A DNA stretch of 47,422 bases. It comes from a virus. How positions within the stretch are numbered: position 1 is the stretch's first letter; every line of letters begins with the position of its first letter. A program made the position numbers and the translations under genes. The notes under the pieces were generated by a model, which saw only the letters and a list, made by a program, of their open reading frames with translations, was not told the DNA's origin and searched no databases. Positions 1 to 9,444 of this stretch are shown one piece after another. The stretch is from the UHGV virus genome UHGV-0327568; one strand, 5' to 3'.

Positions 1-281
1 GAAGCAGTTACCAGCACCGTGCGATTGCCATCTTTGTCTTTTGGAAAATCTTCGACAACTGGCATGCGGGCATATTCTGCTTCGAAGCGCTCAGGCTCAA
101 GCAGGGCTGTATGGCTTCCTGTGCCTAAGACAAGAGCCTTTGACTGCTCATCTTCTTCGTCTTTGTAGCGCCACGCTGCCGGACAGCGGTCATAGATGTT
201 CCACAGGCCAGAGCCGTTGATGTGCTCTGTGTCAGCGTGGTACTGCTCGTTGCTGAGTTCGTTGTTTAAATAAACTTTCAT
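1..281 (-). CDS. Exodeoxyribonuclease VIII / YqaJ-like exonuclease, N-terminal fragment (gene runs off left edge)
   Basis: Minus-strand ATG at 279-281 with RBS AAGAGGTGA upstream. Translation MKVYLNNELSNEQYHADTEHINGSGLW... resembles the N-terminus of prophage exonuclease VIII-like proteins. Reading frame is open to position 1. Confidence 0.5.
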   Translation of the reverse strand, partial: MKVYLNNELSNEQYHADTEHINGSGLWNIYDRCPAAWRYKDEEDEQSKALVLGTGSHTALLEPERFEAEYARMPVVEDFPKDKDGNRTVLVTA

Positions 282-325
282 CCATCACCTCTTTTTATTG
301 TTAAATCAATCTACATCAAACCACG

Positions 326-754
326 TCATTCATCAAGCCCAAAATAGAATAACGTCGCTCTTTTTATCTCTTCAAGACCATAAGCAATGGCGCCAAAGTG
401 ACCCTCTGCAATGGCGCACTCAAGAACCTCAATCTGCGATGGCGATACTTTTGATTTTGTCTTGTCACGTCTCTTCAACTCAATCAGGCCGCATTTATGA
501 TTAATGCCGTGAGTTAGTATCACATTGTCGCTTACACCGCTCCTGACGCCCATCTTTCGGCGCTTCTCCACGAATTGCGGCCCACTCTTTGTGCCTGTCT
601 CATTAGGGACATGAAACCACAGGACATCAGGAAATCGGTGTTGCATCCAAAGGCCATATCCCATCTGGTCAGTCTCTTCTTTAGGGCACTCTCCACGATA
701 ACCACTGTCGAATACCCATATCCCGCTATCAAGCTGCTTCAATTTGTTCTCCAA
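326..754 (-). CDS. VRR-NUC domain nuclease
   Basis: 142-aa ORF. Core GVSDNVILTHG...GLIELKRRDKTKSKVSPSQIEVLE matches the VRR-NUC PD-(D/E)XK signature (GVPD...ELK...S..Q). Confidence 0.65.
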   Translation of the reverse strand: MENKLKQLDSGIWVFDSGYRGECPKEETDQMGYGLWMQHRFPDVLWFHVPNETGTKSGPQFVEKRRKMGVRSGVSDNVILTHGINHKCGLIELKRRDKTKSKVSPSQIEVLECAIAEGHFGAIAYGLEEIKRATLFYFGLDE

Positions 755-2666
755 TGAAATCCTTGCGGTGGATGATATCTCGGCCTTTATTGTTAAAACG
801 ATGCGTGATGCGTTTAGGTGCGCGGATTAAACCGGCGTAATGCATGAAAGTCTTCGCATCATGGCATTCCATCATTTTCTTCAGCATGGACTTGTCTTCA
901 AGGTGCGGAAGCAGAGCCTTCATTTTAAACATGTCGCGCAGGTGCTTTGGCTTTCCTCCGAACGGATAAAACACCTCATTTGCCCAGCCGATCTTTCCAT
1001 CAGCTTTTACCACCAGATAACGATAAAGAACCCCCTCAGCGTCTTTAGTCAACTCGACTTTAAAATCTTGCACATCTGTCCATTCTTTATCCGTGTAGGC
1101 TCGCTCATTAAGCGCCGCATTAGGGTCGCGCAAAACGTGATCGCATTGACGGCAATAACGAGCTGTCGGGTCGTTCTTTGTGCCGCAACCATCATCAAAA
1201 ATACGGATTCCGTGCTTGTCGAAACCACAGCGAATGAAGCTGAAAAACTCTTCGCATCGTCCATCTGGAGACGTTGAGTCTTTACCGATGCAACGCCGTG
1301 CATATGGGCTGTTCATCGTCTGGCATTTAGGGCATGGAACCTGCTCTCCGCTACGCTTGGCGCGCTGCGCTTCTGCTTCCTCAAGGATGGGGTCTTCGTA
1401 GAGCTGACCAAGCTCAAACATTGTTCCTGAAAAATCCAGCACGAGGTGGTTTTCTTTATGATATCCGGCGTCAATTTGCTCTTTCTTCAGCAAGCGCATC
1501 CCGCGACCAAGAAGCTGGACGAGAAGGGTAAGTGACATTATTTTTCGCAATATCACACTTACATCCCACAAAGGTATGTTTACACCTGTTGTTAACGCCG
1601 CAATTTGGAATGTGTATTTTATTTTTCCGGTATAGGCATCTTTTAGAGCCTTCCGGCGAGCTTTCATGCCCATATCTTCAGTTACTATCGCATAACTCCC
1701 ATCTGGTAAATATTTTGCAGCTTCTAAGCAATGCTTTTTTCCTGCGCATGTAATCAATACCCCATTGCGGTCTTTCGTAAGCTCCATGACCTTCATCATT
1801 ATTTTTTGCGTGAGAGTACCCTGTTCTAATATTTCTTTCTGCATCTGCTTGAGTTGCTCAGCGGTAAAGTCTTGAGTTCCGTCAACATCTGATCCGTGAA
1901 AATCAGAAAGGTCATACTGTAAATCATCTATATCATGAAGACCAAAGATTGTTGGCACAACGAATCCGCGATCTACCATGTACTTTGTGTCAATGTTTAT
2001 TATTTCATGCTTCCAGTAGGCACCCTTCATTGACTCAGTGCCACGGAAAGGGCTTCCGGTGAAAGCGATGGTGATCATGTCGTGTCCATACTTTGCTTTG
2101 CAGCGCCTGTTAAGCTCAGTAAGTATTACTCCATACTGAGTTGTTGGGTTGTCACTTACAACGTCCTGCCACGGAACCTGGTGTCCCTCATCGCACAGGC
2201 AAAATCTAGGCGTGTAATCTGAAAGGTCTGATTTTTTAATAACCTCACCAGATTCATCTTTCTTGTCAAAAAGAGCATTTATAATTGTTCCCTCTGTGGC
2301 GCAGATTATGGGGTAAGCAGTGCTCTTTCTGCCTAGCGATGCACTATAAAGTGAGTTCTTAACCCCAAAATTCCAAAGCTCACTTGCATCCTGGTCGATG
2401 ATCTCAGACTGTCTAGCTATTACCAGTCCCTCCCACCCCATATCCTGGAATCGACTGCATAACATGGAAATCATTACTGTCTTACCTGATGAAACTGATG
2501 CCGTTACGTAGCTTGGTTTAGGGTCTTTGCCAAAATTACGAATTACTTCTGCGCATTTTGCATAAACAAGCCATTGATAGTCATATGGCTCGATAAGTCC
2601 TGGTTTTATTGATTGCTTCAGTTTATCTATATCAAGTTCTGCAATCATTTTGTCTATCTTGTGCAT
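729..2666 (-). CDS. SF2 DEAD/DEAH-box helicase with C-terminal zinc ribbons
   Basis: 645-aa ORF. Walker A SVSSGKTVM and DEAH-like CDEGHQ. C-terminal CPKC...CxxC and CRQC clusters. Confidence 0.8.
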   Translation of the reverse strand: MHKIDKMIAELDIDKLKQSIKPGLIEPYDYQWLVYAKCAEVIRNFGKDPKPSYVTASVSSGKTVMISMLCSRFQDMGWEGLVIARQSEIIDQDASELWNFGVKNSLYSASLGRKSTAYPIICATEGTIINALFDKKDESGEVIKKSDLSDYTPRFCLCDEGHQVPWQDVVSDNPTTQYGVILTELNRRCKAKYGHDMITIAFTGSPFRGTESMKGAYWKHEIINIDTKYMVDRGFVVPTIFGLHDIDDLQYDLSDFHGSDVDGTQDFTAEQLKQMQKEILEQGTLTQKIMMKVMELTKDRNGVLITCAGKKHCLEAAKYLPDGSYAIVTEDMGMKARRKALKDAYTGKIKYTFQIAALTTGVNIPLWDVSVILRKIMSLTLLVQLLGRGMRLLKKEQIDAGYHKENHLVLDFSGTMFELGQLYEDPILEEAEAQRAKRSGEQVPCPKCQTMNSPYARRCIGKDSTSPDGRCEEFFSFIRCGFDKHGIRIFDDGCGTKNDPTARYCRQCDHVLRDPNAALNERAYTDKEWTDVQDFKVELTKDAEGVLYRYLVVKADGKIGWANEVFYPFGGKPKHLRDMFKMKALLPHLEDKSMLKKMMECHDAKTFMHYAGLIRAPKRITHRFNNKGRDIIHRKDFIGEQIEAA

Positions 2667-2670
2667 AATT

Positions 2671-3240
2671 TCACCCTAAATTAACAAACTCTTTATGGTT
2701 ATCAACCATGAATTCGCGAACTGCCTTTTCTGCTGCTTCTATGGTATTAAACAAACCAATGTGAACCCTCTTCCTGTTTATTGACGTCTGCGCTCTCCAT
2801 TTGTTGCACCTTTTGTCGAAATGCACGCCTTTTACACCAGATTTGTTTGTCGATTTCTTTTTCATGTTGAACATGTTTTGTTGATGACTAGAAATCCTAA
2901 GATTGCAAATCCGATTGTCTGATTTATCACCATTTACGTGGTCTATTTCATAACCATCAATGTCTTCTCCGTAGACATAAATCCACGCAAGTCTATGAGC
3001 TTTCCTAATCTTTCCTAGCAAAGTTATCGTGATATAACCTTCCTGATTCTTGTGGCCCACCAGCTTTCCAGAACGCCACAGCGTTCCATGTGATTTTATT
3101 GCGGTAAAAAGACCAGTTTCAGGGTCATACTCAAGATATTCCATTATCTCCTTTTGAGTTATGAATTGAGTTTTTCTTTTTCTCTCTAAAGCATTTAAGC
3201 CTGCACCCCGAGCAGCAGAACTCAGCTCTTGATGTGCCAT
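2671..3240 (-). CDS. HNH homing endonuclease with AP2 DNA-binding domain
   Basis: 189 aa. IDHVNGDKSDNRICNLR (HNH_3) then KSGVKGVHFDK...WRAQTSINRKRVHIGLFNTIEAAEKA (AP2). Confidence 0.8.
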   Translation of the reverse strand: MAHQELSSAARGAGLNALERKRKTQFITQKEIMEYLEYDPETGLFTAIKSHGTLWRSGKLVGHKNQEGYITITLLGKIRKAHRLAWIYVYGEDIDGYEIDHVNGDKSDNRICNLRISSHQQNMFNMKKKSTNKSGVKGVHFDKRCNKWRAQTSINRKRVHIGLFNTIEAAEKAVREFMVDNHKEFVNLG

Positions 3241-3393
3241 GAAACTCTCTCCCGCAGTTTTTACATTTTTTCAGTGTGATAGCCATTTGTTACCCTCGAT
3301 ATTAAACTCAGTTGCGTTTCATGTCAAGAACGCTTGCGCGTTTCATGCTAGTAAATTACAATGAATCTACATCATAGTCAACTGGAAGAAATT

Positions 3394-4287
3394 ATGCGAT
3401 ACGACTGGAAGGATATAGAGCCTTTAATGGTAGGAAACTGGCAGGCTGCCATCATGTCGATAGTTAATGTCGACATGAGAATTTTCAATGGTAAACATCA
3501 GCCATGCCCGAGCTGTGGCGGCAATGATCGGTTCAGATTTGATGACCACCTTGACTACAAAGGTGACGGCGGCGCCATCTGCAACCAGTGCGGAAACGGG
3601 AGCGGAATCACATGGCTAATGAAGCTGTCAGGAATGACGTTCCCAGAGTCAATGGAGGCACTGGCCGGATTTCTTAACATGCACCCACGCGAAAAACTTG
3701 AGGCGATTAGAAAGCAACTTCCGAAGGTCAACCATGCTTCTGACTACCTGACAGAGGCAGAAGTGGCGGTCATCATGGAAAAAGCAGGAGGCGACACCAT
3801 AACCGGCAAAACCGGTGAACTGGTAGCGATACCGCTCTATATGGCTGGAACCATGACGCCATGCAATGTGGCTTTTATGGCTGATGATGAAACCGTGTCA
3901 TTTCGCGCTGGTTTCAGCCATGAATACACTCGCGGAAGACTTACGCGCGGCGCAGTGACACCCATCGGCGATAAGACTGAATGGACATACCTGGTTGCGG
4001 ATTACTTCGATGCCTGGCGAGCGCATAGGCTTACCGGCGCACATGTCTGGTGTTGCTGGTCGCCGGAAAATATGTGGGAAGTTGTGCGCAATGTGAGCGA
4101 TGAGCGGCGAGCTAAACTACGCTGTATCATTAATAATAATTTCGATGAGGTATGCGCCGCCGAGAATGCAGGTCTTCCGATACTGATTACTGATGATGGT
4201 CATGATATCCGACACAGCGTCGCCATCAGAAAAAGGCTGTATAAACCAGAAGAGCTATTTGAAGCACTAAAAAATAAACCCTCCTGA
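3394..4287 (+). CDS. DNA primase-like protein (zinc-ribbon plus toprim-like region)
   Basis: CPSCGGNDRFRFDD...CNQCGNGSG is a primase-type zinc ribbon. Start chosen at ATG 3394 (GGAAG RBS) rather than the 3361 ORF-track start, which has no SD. Candidate promoter TTGCGC-17-TACAAT at 3332-3360. Confidence 0.55.
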   Translation: MRYDWKDIEPLMVGNWQAAIMSIVNVDMRIFNGKHQPCPSCGGNDRFRFDDHLDYKGDGGAICNQCGNGSGITWLMKLSGMTFPESMEALAGFLNMHPREKLEAIRKQLPKVNHASDYLTEAEVAVIMEKAGGDTITGKTGELVAIPLYMAGTMTPCNVAFMADDETVSFRAGFSHEYTRGRLTRGAVTPIGDKTEWTYLVADYFDAWRAHRLTGAHVWCCWSPENMWEVVRNVSDERRAKLRCIINNNFDEVCAAENAGLPILITDDGHDIRHSVAIRKRLYKPEELFEALKNKPS

Positions 4288-4302
4288 TGGAGGGTTTTTT
4301 GT
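4276..4302. terminator. Bidirectional rho-independent terminator
   Basis: ACCCTCC-tgat-GGAGGGT hairpin with T-runs on both strands, between the convergent primase (+) and ASCH-like (-) genes. Confidence 0.6.
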
Positions 4303-4583
4303 TATCCGTTAATATTTACTCTTATCGCAAACACTTTTACCGGCTCCGCACCGAAGTGTGGATGGGTAATGGTCTTCACTTCAAATCCGTCATACGGCAC
4401 TACAATTCGGCGGCTATCGTCATCTTTTCGTGGATAGCCGCGAGTGATAATCAGCGTATCGTACCAGCGGTTAAAAATGCGATTACCCCAGTATGCATTT
4501 ACCAGACGATACTCTTCTGTTTTTTCTCCGCGCTTCATCGCATCGAAATATTCACCTTTTACTGCAAGTTGCAATGTTGCCAT
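4302..4583 (-). CDS. ASCH/PUA-like (DUF3850-like) small protein
   Basis: 93-aa ORF with a start/stop junction to the upstream gene at 4583. Weak resemblance to PUA-fold ASCH/DUF3850 proteins. Confidence 0.4.
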   Translation of the reverse strand: MATLQLAVKGEYFDAMKRGEKTEEYRLVNAYWGNRIFNRWYDTLIITRGYPRKDDDSRRIVVPYDGFEVKTITHPHFGAEPVKVFAIRVNING

Positions 4584-6136
4584 TATTTTAACCTCGGATT
4601 CAGGTAAACAGTATTATTGAGGAATACGCAATATCCATCTTCTTCAAGAGACGGCAAAACGTTTGACTTGAGTCTGTCGTAAATATGCGGTATGCCCTTG
4701 AATGGCCTAACGTTTTTTAGTGAATCATAAAGCCATTTCACCGTGACATTTGTCTTTCCTTTTTGCGCAGCTGTGCGCAATTTTTCAGCAACGACATCAA
4801 TTTCTGATTTCTCGCCAGCGTATCCATTTGACTCAACGGCATCGGTAAATGTTTTTGTTAGTGCATCATAAACGCTTATGGCGCGGCTTATATGCTCCTC
4901 ACCAATAATTTTTGAGCGACGCCCGCCATCGCACCAGTTTTCAGCGGCATGGAATATTGCTGAAAGCCTGATTATCTGTTTGTCAGCCTTACCCATGGCG
5001 CCACGAAGCAAAACATGATCCCATTTTCCACCAGGAAGAAAATTCTTTTCCCACTGGTTTCGTAAAAGTCCAATCATACGCTGCGATTCTTTAGCGAGGG
5101 AGAAAACAACCTTCTCAGAAGCCACAAGGTTATGCACAAACCTGGCATATTCTGCCTTTAGTTCTTTAGGCATTGGCTTACTTACCGGGCAATCATTTTC
5201 TACATCCCAATGCTCACGATAACCCAACATCGACTGTTCACGAAGCATCAGGAATCGCTCTGACAATCCATTACCCCTGTCGCCAGCCGAAAGAATGGCA
5301 TCAATACTTTCATCCTGCGCAATGACGCTGATGTTACCAAGCACATAGCCAGATGAAACACCACGACCAACGCGAGCTGAGCCAACAAACCCGCCATCCC
5401 AACCCTTCAGGATGACCTCGGCGTTAGACTTGCCTCCATCCTTGCCATACGAAAGGCCAAGACAGGTATTTAAAACGCTTGCCTCATCACTTATCAGGTT
5501 GAAAAAACCACCCTCATGAATTGCCTGGTGCTGCACAGCTTCTGGCGTTGCATCGGTTAACGGGTAGGTGATGGTGTAAAGACTTTCCAGCTTTTCCTTC
5601 TCTTTCGCAATGTCATCTCCAATGATGGCCTTCGCGTTCTGATTCGTCGCTTCCTTGTAAGCCTTCATCAGGTCTTCAATGCGAATGTTTATCTTTACAA
5701 TTTCCTTCTCCATCTTTTTTGACAGGTTGTCATACTCAATTTTTATCGGGTTCATGTGCATTGAGTTGATGGCTGTCTTGCCAGCTGATGGCGGCTGCGA
5801 CGTCACCACATACAAGGAAACAGGCAATTCAGAACCGTAGTATTCAACGCTAAAATTTCGCGTCATGGCACTTGCTACGCAGCCAAGCAGGTGCATGAAT
5901 GATGTGCTAACAGGGAATTGCACAGCCCTCGCCGCCGCAACTGAGTAGCGCGTTATCAGGTCTTTCCTGTTGTCGCTGGTAAGCTCTATCTCCGAGTATG
6001 TTACATCCTTCTCCTGTCCTTCCTTGATTTCCGGCCACATGTTATGGCTTGGTGTCATGCCATGATGAATGGCTACGCGCGCCGCAGAGGTGTGCGCCTC
6101 TCTTGCCTGATTGAAGATTTCCTGTGCTGTAATCAT
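4583..6136 (-). CDS. DUF3987-like primase-associated replication protein
   Basis: 517-aa ORF. Families of this size and context (YfjI / P4 alpha C-terminal-like, DUF3987) accompany phage primases. Assignment is from memory. Confidence 0.5.
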   Translation of the reverse strand: MITAQEIFNQAREAHTSAARVAIHHGMTPSHNMWPEIKEGQEKDVTYSEIELTSDNRKDLITRYSVAAARAVQFPVSTSFMHLLGCVASAMTRNFSVEYYGSELPVSLYVVTSQPPSAGKTAINSMHMNPIKIEYDNLSKKMEKEIVKINIRIEDLMKAYKEATNQNAKAIIGDDIAKEKEKLESLYTITYPLTDATPEAVQHQAIHEGGFFNLISDEASVLNTCLGLSYGKDGGKSNAEVILKGWDGGFVGSARVGRGVSSGYVLGNISVIAQDESIDAILSAGDRGNGLSERFLMLREQSMLGYREHWDVENDCPVSKPMPKELKAEYARFVHNLVASEKVVFSLAKESQRMIGLLRNQWEKNFLPGGKWDHVLLRGAMGKADKQIIRLSAIFHAAENWCDGGRRSKIIGEEHISRAISVYDALTKTFTDAVESNGYAGEKSEIDVVAEKLRTAAQKGKTNVTVKWLYDSLKNVRPFKGIPHIYDRLKSNVLPSLEEDGYCVFLNNTVYLNPRLK

Positions 6137-6394
6137 TTAAACCTCATACTCGGTTGCAAATGATTCGTGTGGGTTCTCTGATAGCCACTGCTTAGCTTTA
6201 AGTACGGCTGCGTTTGCCTCCTCTGCCGTTTCAAACCTGCCAAGCTCATACCTTAGTCGGTTAACAACAATCCTAGCCCTGAAATATCCAGAGTGCTTAT
6301 GGAAGTCAACCCCTCTAAACCCGGTAGATGATGGCCTTCCGCCACCGGATGATGAAAGTCTTTTTTTCTTAAGTAGCTTTCCATGTGCAGACAT
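6137..6394 (-). CDS. Stand-alone AP2-domain DNA-binding protein
   Basis: 85 aa. FRGVDFHKHSGYFRARIVVNRLRYELGRFETAEEANAA is an AP2 signature. There is no HNH motif. Confidence 0.6.
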   Translation of the reverse strand: MSAHGKLLKKKRLSSSGGGRPSSTGFRGVDFHKHSGYFRARIVVNRLRYELGRFETAEEANAAVLKAKQWLSENPHESFATEYEV

Positions 6395-6803
6395 AATTTA
6401 CCCTCGCTAACGACTTTTAACCATGATACCCCATAAATTACCCTCCGTAAAGCGTCCGCAAACAAACTTTGTTTAGGGTTAGCTGGGTTAACTGTGGGGA
6501 AGGCCATCTTCCCCAAGATTTTTTACTGTAAGTGTATGTATTATAATAATAGTAGTAGTAGTTGGGTTAATTGGGTATATTATTATTCATATTATAGATT
6601 TTATTTTAACAATAAATTAACAAATGAATTATATGGGTTATATATAAGGGGATATGAGTGAAAACATACCCTGCTGCCCCTAAATTGTTAAATTACAATA
6701 TTAACATTAACTTACCGCGAAAAATCTGGGGCAATTAACCTGCCCCAGCACCTTACCCACAGGGGTAAATTTTACCCCAGGCGGATTTATTTTCACCATC
6801 ATA

Positions 6804-6832
6804 TTGACGTAGATTGAGCGCCATCGTATAGT
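6804..6832 (+). promoter_or_regulatory. Sigma70-type promoter (TTGACG-17-TATAGT) for the rightward block
   Basis: -35 TTGACG at 6804-6809, 17-nt spacer, -10 TATAGT at 6827-6832, about 30 nt upstream of the 6863 gene. The -35 lies inside a copy of the conserved 14-mer. Confidence 0.55.
6805..6818 (-). repeat. Conserved element copy 1 (reverse orientation): TTGACGTAGATTGA
   Basis: Reverse complement of TCAATCTACGTCAA. One of six copies in divergent intergenic regions. Confidence 0.7.
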
Positions 6833-6862
6833 TACCACACCAACAACAAAGAGGTGATGAAA

Positions 6863-7048
6863 ATGACCAAAGCAATCTACACGCGCACTCAACTGGAACC
6901 AGAAATGGGCGCAGTGAAAGCGCAAAACTTTATGATGGCGCAGGCGATGCATGCATACAGCAACGGTAAGAGAGTCTGTCGCGTTTTTAGTGGCGAAGGC
7001 AAGAAGAGAGTGCTTGAGCAGGTCATAGTGTCATCTGGTGGAAACTAA
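6863..7048 (+). CDS. Hypothetical protein
   Basis: Start ATG 6863 (MTKAIY...) has an AAAGAGG RBS 8 nt upstream. The ORF-track start at 6854 is GTG. Confidence 0.45.
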   Translation: MTKAIYTRTQLEPEMGAVKAQNFMMAQAMHAYSNGKRVCRVFSGEGKKRVLEQVIVSSGGN

Positions 7049-7063
7049 ACCGGTTTAGCAACA

Positions 7064-7342
7064 ATGAATAAATTACTGGCAGTGGTTTTACTGGTTATCG
7101 CTAACGCAGCAAGCGCAGAGACAATATGGGTTACGAAGTATGCGCTGACCCGTGGCATTCAGAAGTGCGAAAGCGCACAGCTGTTTGCTGATGGACAGGT
7201 AGCTGTAGTTGGCGATGTTTACTTTAAACGTGGCGAATACTGGCTTGATGAGCAGCAGGCAAAAGAGCATGCAGAGACTTTGCGGCAACGCCGTGTATCT
7301 GCACTGATGCGTGAGCTTGAGCGTTTGCAGGCGGTTAAGTGA
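7064..7342 (+). CDS. Secreted hypothetical protein (Sec signal peptide)
   Basis: N-terminus MNKLLAVVLLVIANAASA/ETIW is a typical signal peptide. Confidence 0.55.
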   Translation: MNKLLAVVLLVIANAASAETIWVTKYALTRGIQKCESAQLFADGQVAVVGDVYFKRGEYWLDEQQAKEHAETLRQRRVSALMRELERLQAVK

Positions 7343-7348
7343 GGATTT

Positions 7349-7753
7349 ATGGATATCGAAATTAACGAAGTTCAGGAAATTATTAAAAATCTTGAGAGCG
7401 TTGGTGAAATCTCAATCAAAGAGGGAAAATACCTCAAGGTGGCAAAGCTGTGCGTGCAGCTGGCTGCGGAGAATATAGCACTGAAGGCGACGAGCGATGA
7501 TCGCCGCATGTTCATCATGAACGGGGTGCAGTTAGGTTATATCAAGGTGCCAACAGTTGAAACTGACCCGGCACTAGAAACCATTCGTATTGCTGTATCT
7601 CCGCAAGAAACGACCCCAGCCTCAGATCGCATCGTAGCCGGTATCAAGGCTGATGGGGTGGAGGAGTGGGTTTCCAGTAGGGGCGGCCGCTGGAATGGCA
7701 CGACCGAAGAGGCGCTTAAGTTCGCCAAGCAGCTGCGCGAGGGGGCCAAATGA
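7349..7753 (+). CDS. Hypothetical protein
   Basis: 134-aa ORF with an ATGA start/stop overlap to the downstream gene. Confidence 0.55.
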   Translation: MDIEINEVQEIIKNLESVGEISIKEGKYLKVAKLCVQLAAENIALKATSDDRRMFIMNGVQLGYIKVPTVETDPALETIRIAVSPQETTPASDRIVAGIKADGVEEWVSSRGGRWNGTTEEALKFAKQLREGAK

Positions 7754-8400
7754 GCAAGGCAAACCACAGCATCGCCAAAGCTCTGAAAATGGCATCACGA
7801 CAGACAGCATTCGAAAGCGCGCGCGAAGAAATATTGGCTGACCTGCAGCCTGCTGAACTGGCGCTGTCCGCAATGGACAGCGAGCCGGTGGCAGAAGTGG
7901 TTTCAATTTATGGTGACCCCGAAGATTTTGGGGAGCGAGAGATTAGACCGCTTGTAGGCATTCAGCAAATGCCATACGGTACGAAGCTATATCGTCACGC
8001 GCAGCCAGCACCGGTATATCCGGAGGAAATGACACCAGAGCAGGCATATGAAATAGGTGATTACCACGGAGACCCGGTAGACGTGTTTGCACGTGGAGCT
8101 AACTGGATGCGCCAGTATATCATCGACTCCACGTTAGCAGCTGGCCAGCAGTCACCCGTCATCGAGCCGGCCACCGTGCCGGGCAAATGGATTCCGGTAA
8201 GCGAGCGGATGCCATTGACCCCTTCTGCTGATTGCGAATACAGCGACATTGAAGTGAATGTATTTGATGGAGAACGCGTATTCACTGCTCACTACGCAAC
8301 TGGTTCGCAGCCTCAACCTTGGGGTTACTGGGTAGATACATACGCAAAGATAACCCACTGGCAACCTCTGCCATCAGCTCCGCAGGAGGATAAACCATGA
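7750..8400 (+). CDS. DUF551-like phage protein
   Basis: C-terminal KWIPVSERMP...ITHWQPLPSAP resembles the DUF551 signature common in enterobacterial phages. Confidence 0.5.
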   Translation: MSKANHSIAKALKMASRQTAFESAREEILADLQPAELALSAMDSEPVAEVVSIYGDPEDFGEREIRPLVGIQQMPYGTKLYRHAQPAPVYPEEMTPEQAYEIGDYHGDPVDVFARGANWMRQYIIDSTLAAGQQSPVIEPATVPGKWIPVSERMPLTPSADCEYSDIEVNVFDGERVFTAHYATGSQPQPWGYWVDTYAKITHWQPLPSAPQEDKP

Positions 8401-8492
8401 AACCATACATCATCCGCAGGCTAATTGCAGTATCACTGCTGGCATTCTGAATTGCCGTTGCACTGGCTATATACTTTATCGTGAGGTGAATC

Positions 8493-8651
8493 ATGTTGTG
8501 GAGCGACATTCAGGCGGCGTGCGAAGAGGCTGATTTTCTTTATGAGGAGACTGGTAAGCATCATGCAGTCATTCAGGTTGGCAGCATGATGATGGTGGTT
8601 GAGCATAACGGCATGCTTCGGCATATGTACTCAACGACGAGATATCAGTAA
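8493..8651 (+). CDS. Small hypothetical protein (52 aa)
   Basis: ATG 8493 preceded by GAGGTG. Its stop overlaps the next ATG (TAATG). Below the ORF-track size cut-off. Confidence 0.35.
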   Translation: MLWSDIQAACEEADFLYEETGKHHAVIQVGSMMMVVEHNGMLRHMYSTTRYQ

Positions 8652-8845
8652 TGCCGCAAAAATCAAAGCAGGAGGTATGGCAGAAGGCTAAGCTCGAAGA
8701 AGTTGACCAATTCATATCAGCAATCGCAAAAGTCTTTCCTGATGCTATTGAAGTGGTTCACGTTCAAAGCAATAACTGTAATGTTTGGTGTTATGCGAAA
8801 ACTGATGTACAATCATCTCATCAATCATCACCCACCACCCTTTAA
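8651..8845 (+). CDS. Hypothetical protein
   Basis: 64-aa ORF followed by a terminator. Confidence 0.45.
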   Translation: MPQKSKQEVWQKAKLEEVDQFISAIAKVFPDAIEVVHVQSNNCNVWCYAKTDVQSSHQSSPTTL

Positions 8846-8870
8846 CCCGCCTTGTGCGGGTTCTTTTTTA
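8843..8870 (+). terminator. Rho-independent terminator
   Basis: AACCCGC-cttgt-GCGGGTT followed by CTTTTTTA. Confidence 0.6.
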
Positions 8871-8916
8871 TCTGTGCTAAACTAACCATATCGAAATACG
8901 AGAAGACGAAAACGAC

Positions 8917-9360
8917 ATGGCAAATCCAAACCCTGTTATGAAATTTTCCTCTGAGTACCAGCCTGCTGGAAGAGGATTAAGCTACAGAAACAGGCTTATT
9001 GAAGCATTAAAGCGCTGCGGGCTTGGAGAAGAGGAGTTCCTTGACGCATTCATCAGGACGTCAATCAGGATGACGGAGGAAAACCCGACTCAGGGTGTGC
9101 AAATGTTGAAGGAGATATTCCTGCGCATCAGTCCTGTACAAAAAAGTATGGCACCTCCGGTTAATTTTAAATACCGCAAGGATGCCACTCCAGTTGAGCA
9201 GATAGAGGATGTCATTCAATCCGTTTCCAGTGGAGAGCTCCCAATCGATGTGGCGTCGCAGGTTGTATCTATGATTAAGGTTGGTCTTGACGTGAAAGAG
9301 TTAACCGAACTCGCCGCACGCCTTGAGCGACTGGAGAAATTACTGGAGCAGCAACAGTAA
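8917..9360 (+). CDS. Putative terminase small subunit
   Basis: 147-aa ORF immediately upstream of the large terminase, with a coiled-coil C-terminus. Assigned by position only. Confidence 0.4.
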   Translation: MANPNPVMKFSSEYQPAGRGLSYRNRLIEALKRCGLGEEEFLDAFIRTSIRMTEENPTQGVQMLKEIFLRISPVQKSMAPPVNFKYRKDATPVEQIEDVIQSVSSGELPIDVASQVVSMIKVGLDVKELTELAARLERLEKLLEQQQ

Positions 9361-9444
9361 CTGATTTATAATAATCAATGCGGCTAGGGGGCACCCGAAA
9401 AGCGACTCATCACCGCCTGCCGCATTCACTTCAATGATGCCCTG

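Larger units (their letters stand above)
6395..6860. promoter_or_regulatory. AT-rich intergenic region with iterons and palindromes; candidate origin of replication / early control region
   Basis: Repeated TGGGTTA-like units at about 6475, 6484, 6564, 6572 and 6632. A >70% AT stretch at 6530-6640. Palindromes CTGGGGCA-attaacc-TGCCCCAG (6713-6736) and GGGGTAAAtTTTACCCC (6760-6777). Lies between divergent gene blocks next to the primase/helicase genes. Confidence 0.4.

Noticed and set aside
6253-6952. Minus-strand ORFs (87 aa, 81 aa) within the AT-rich origin-like region
   Set aside because: They span iterons, the AT-rich core and palindromes. No RBS. Improbable protein composition (many His, Phe, Cys).
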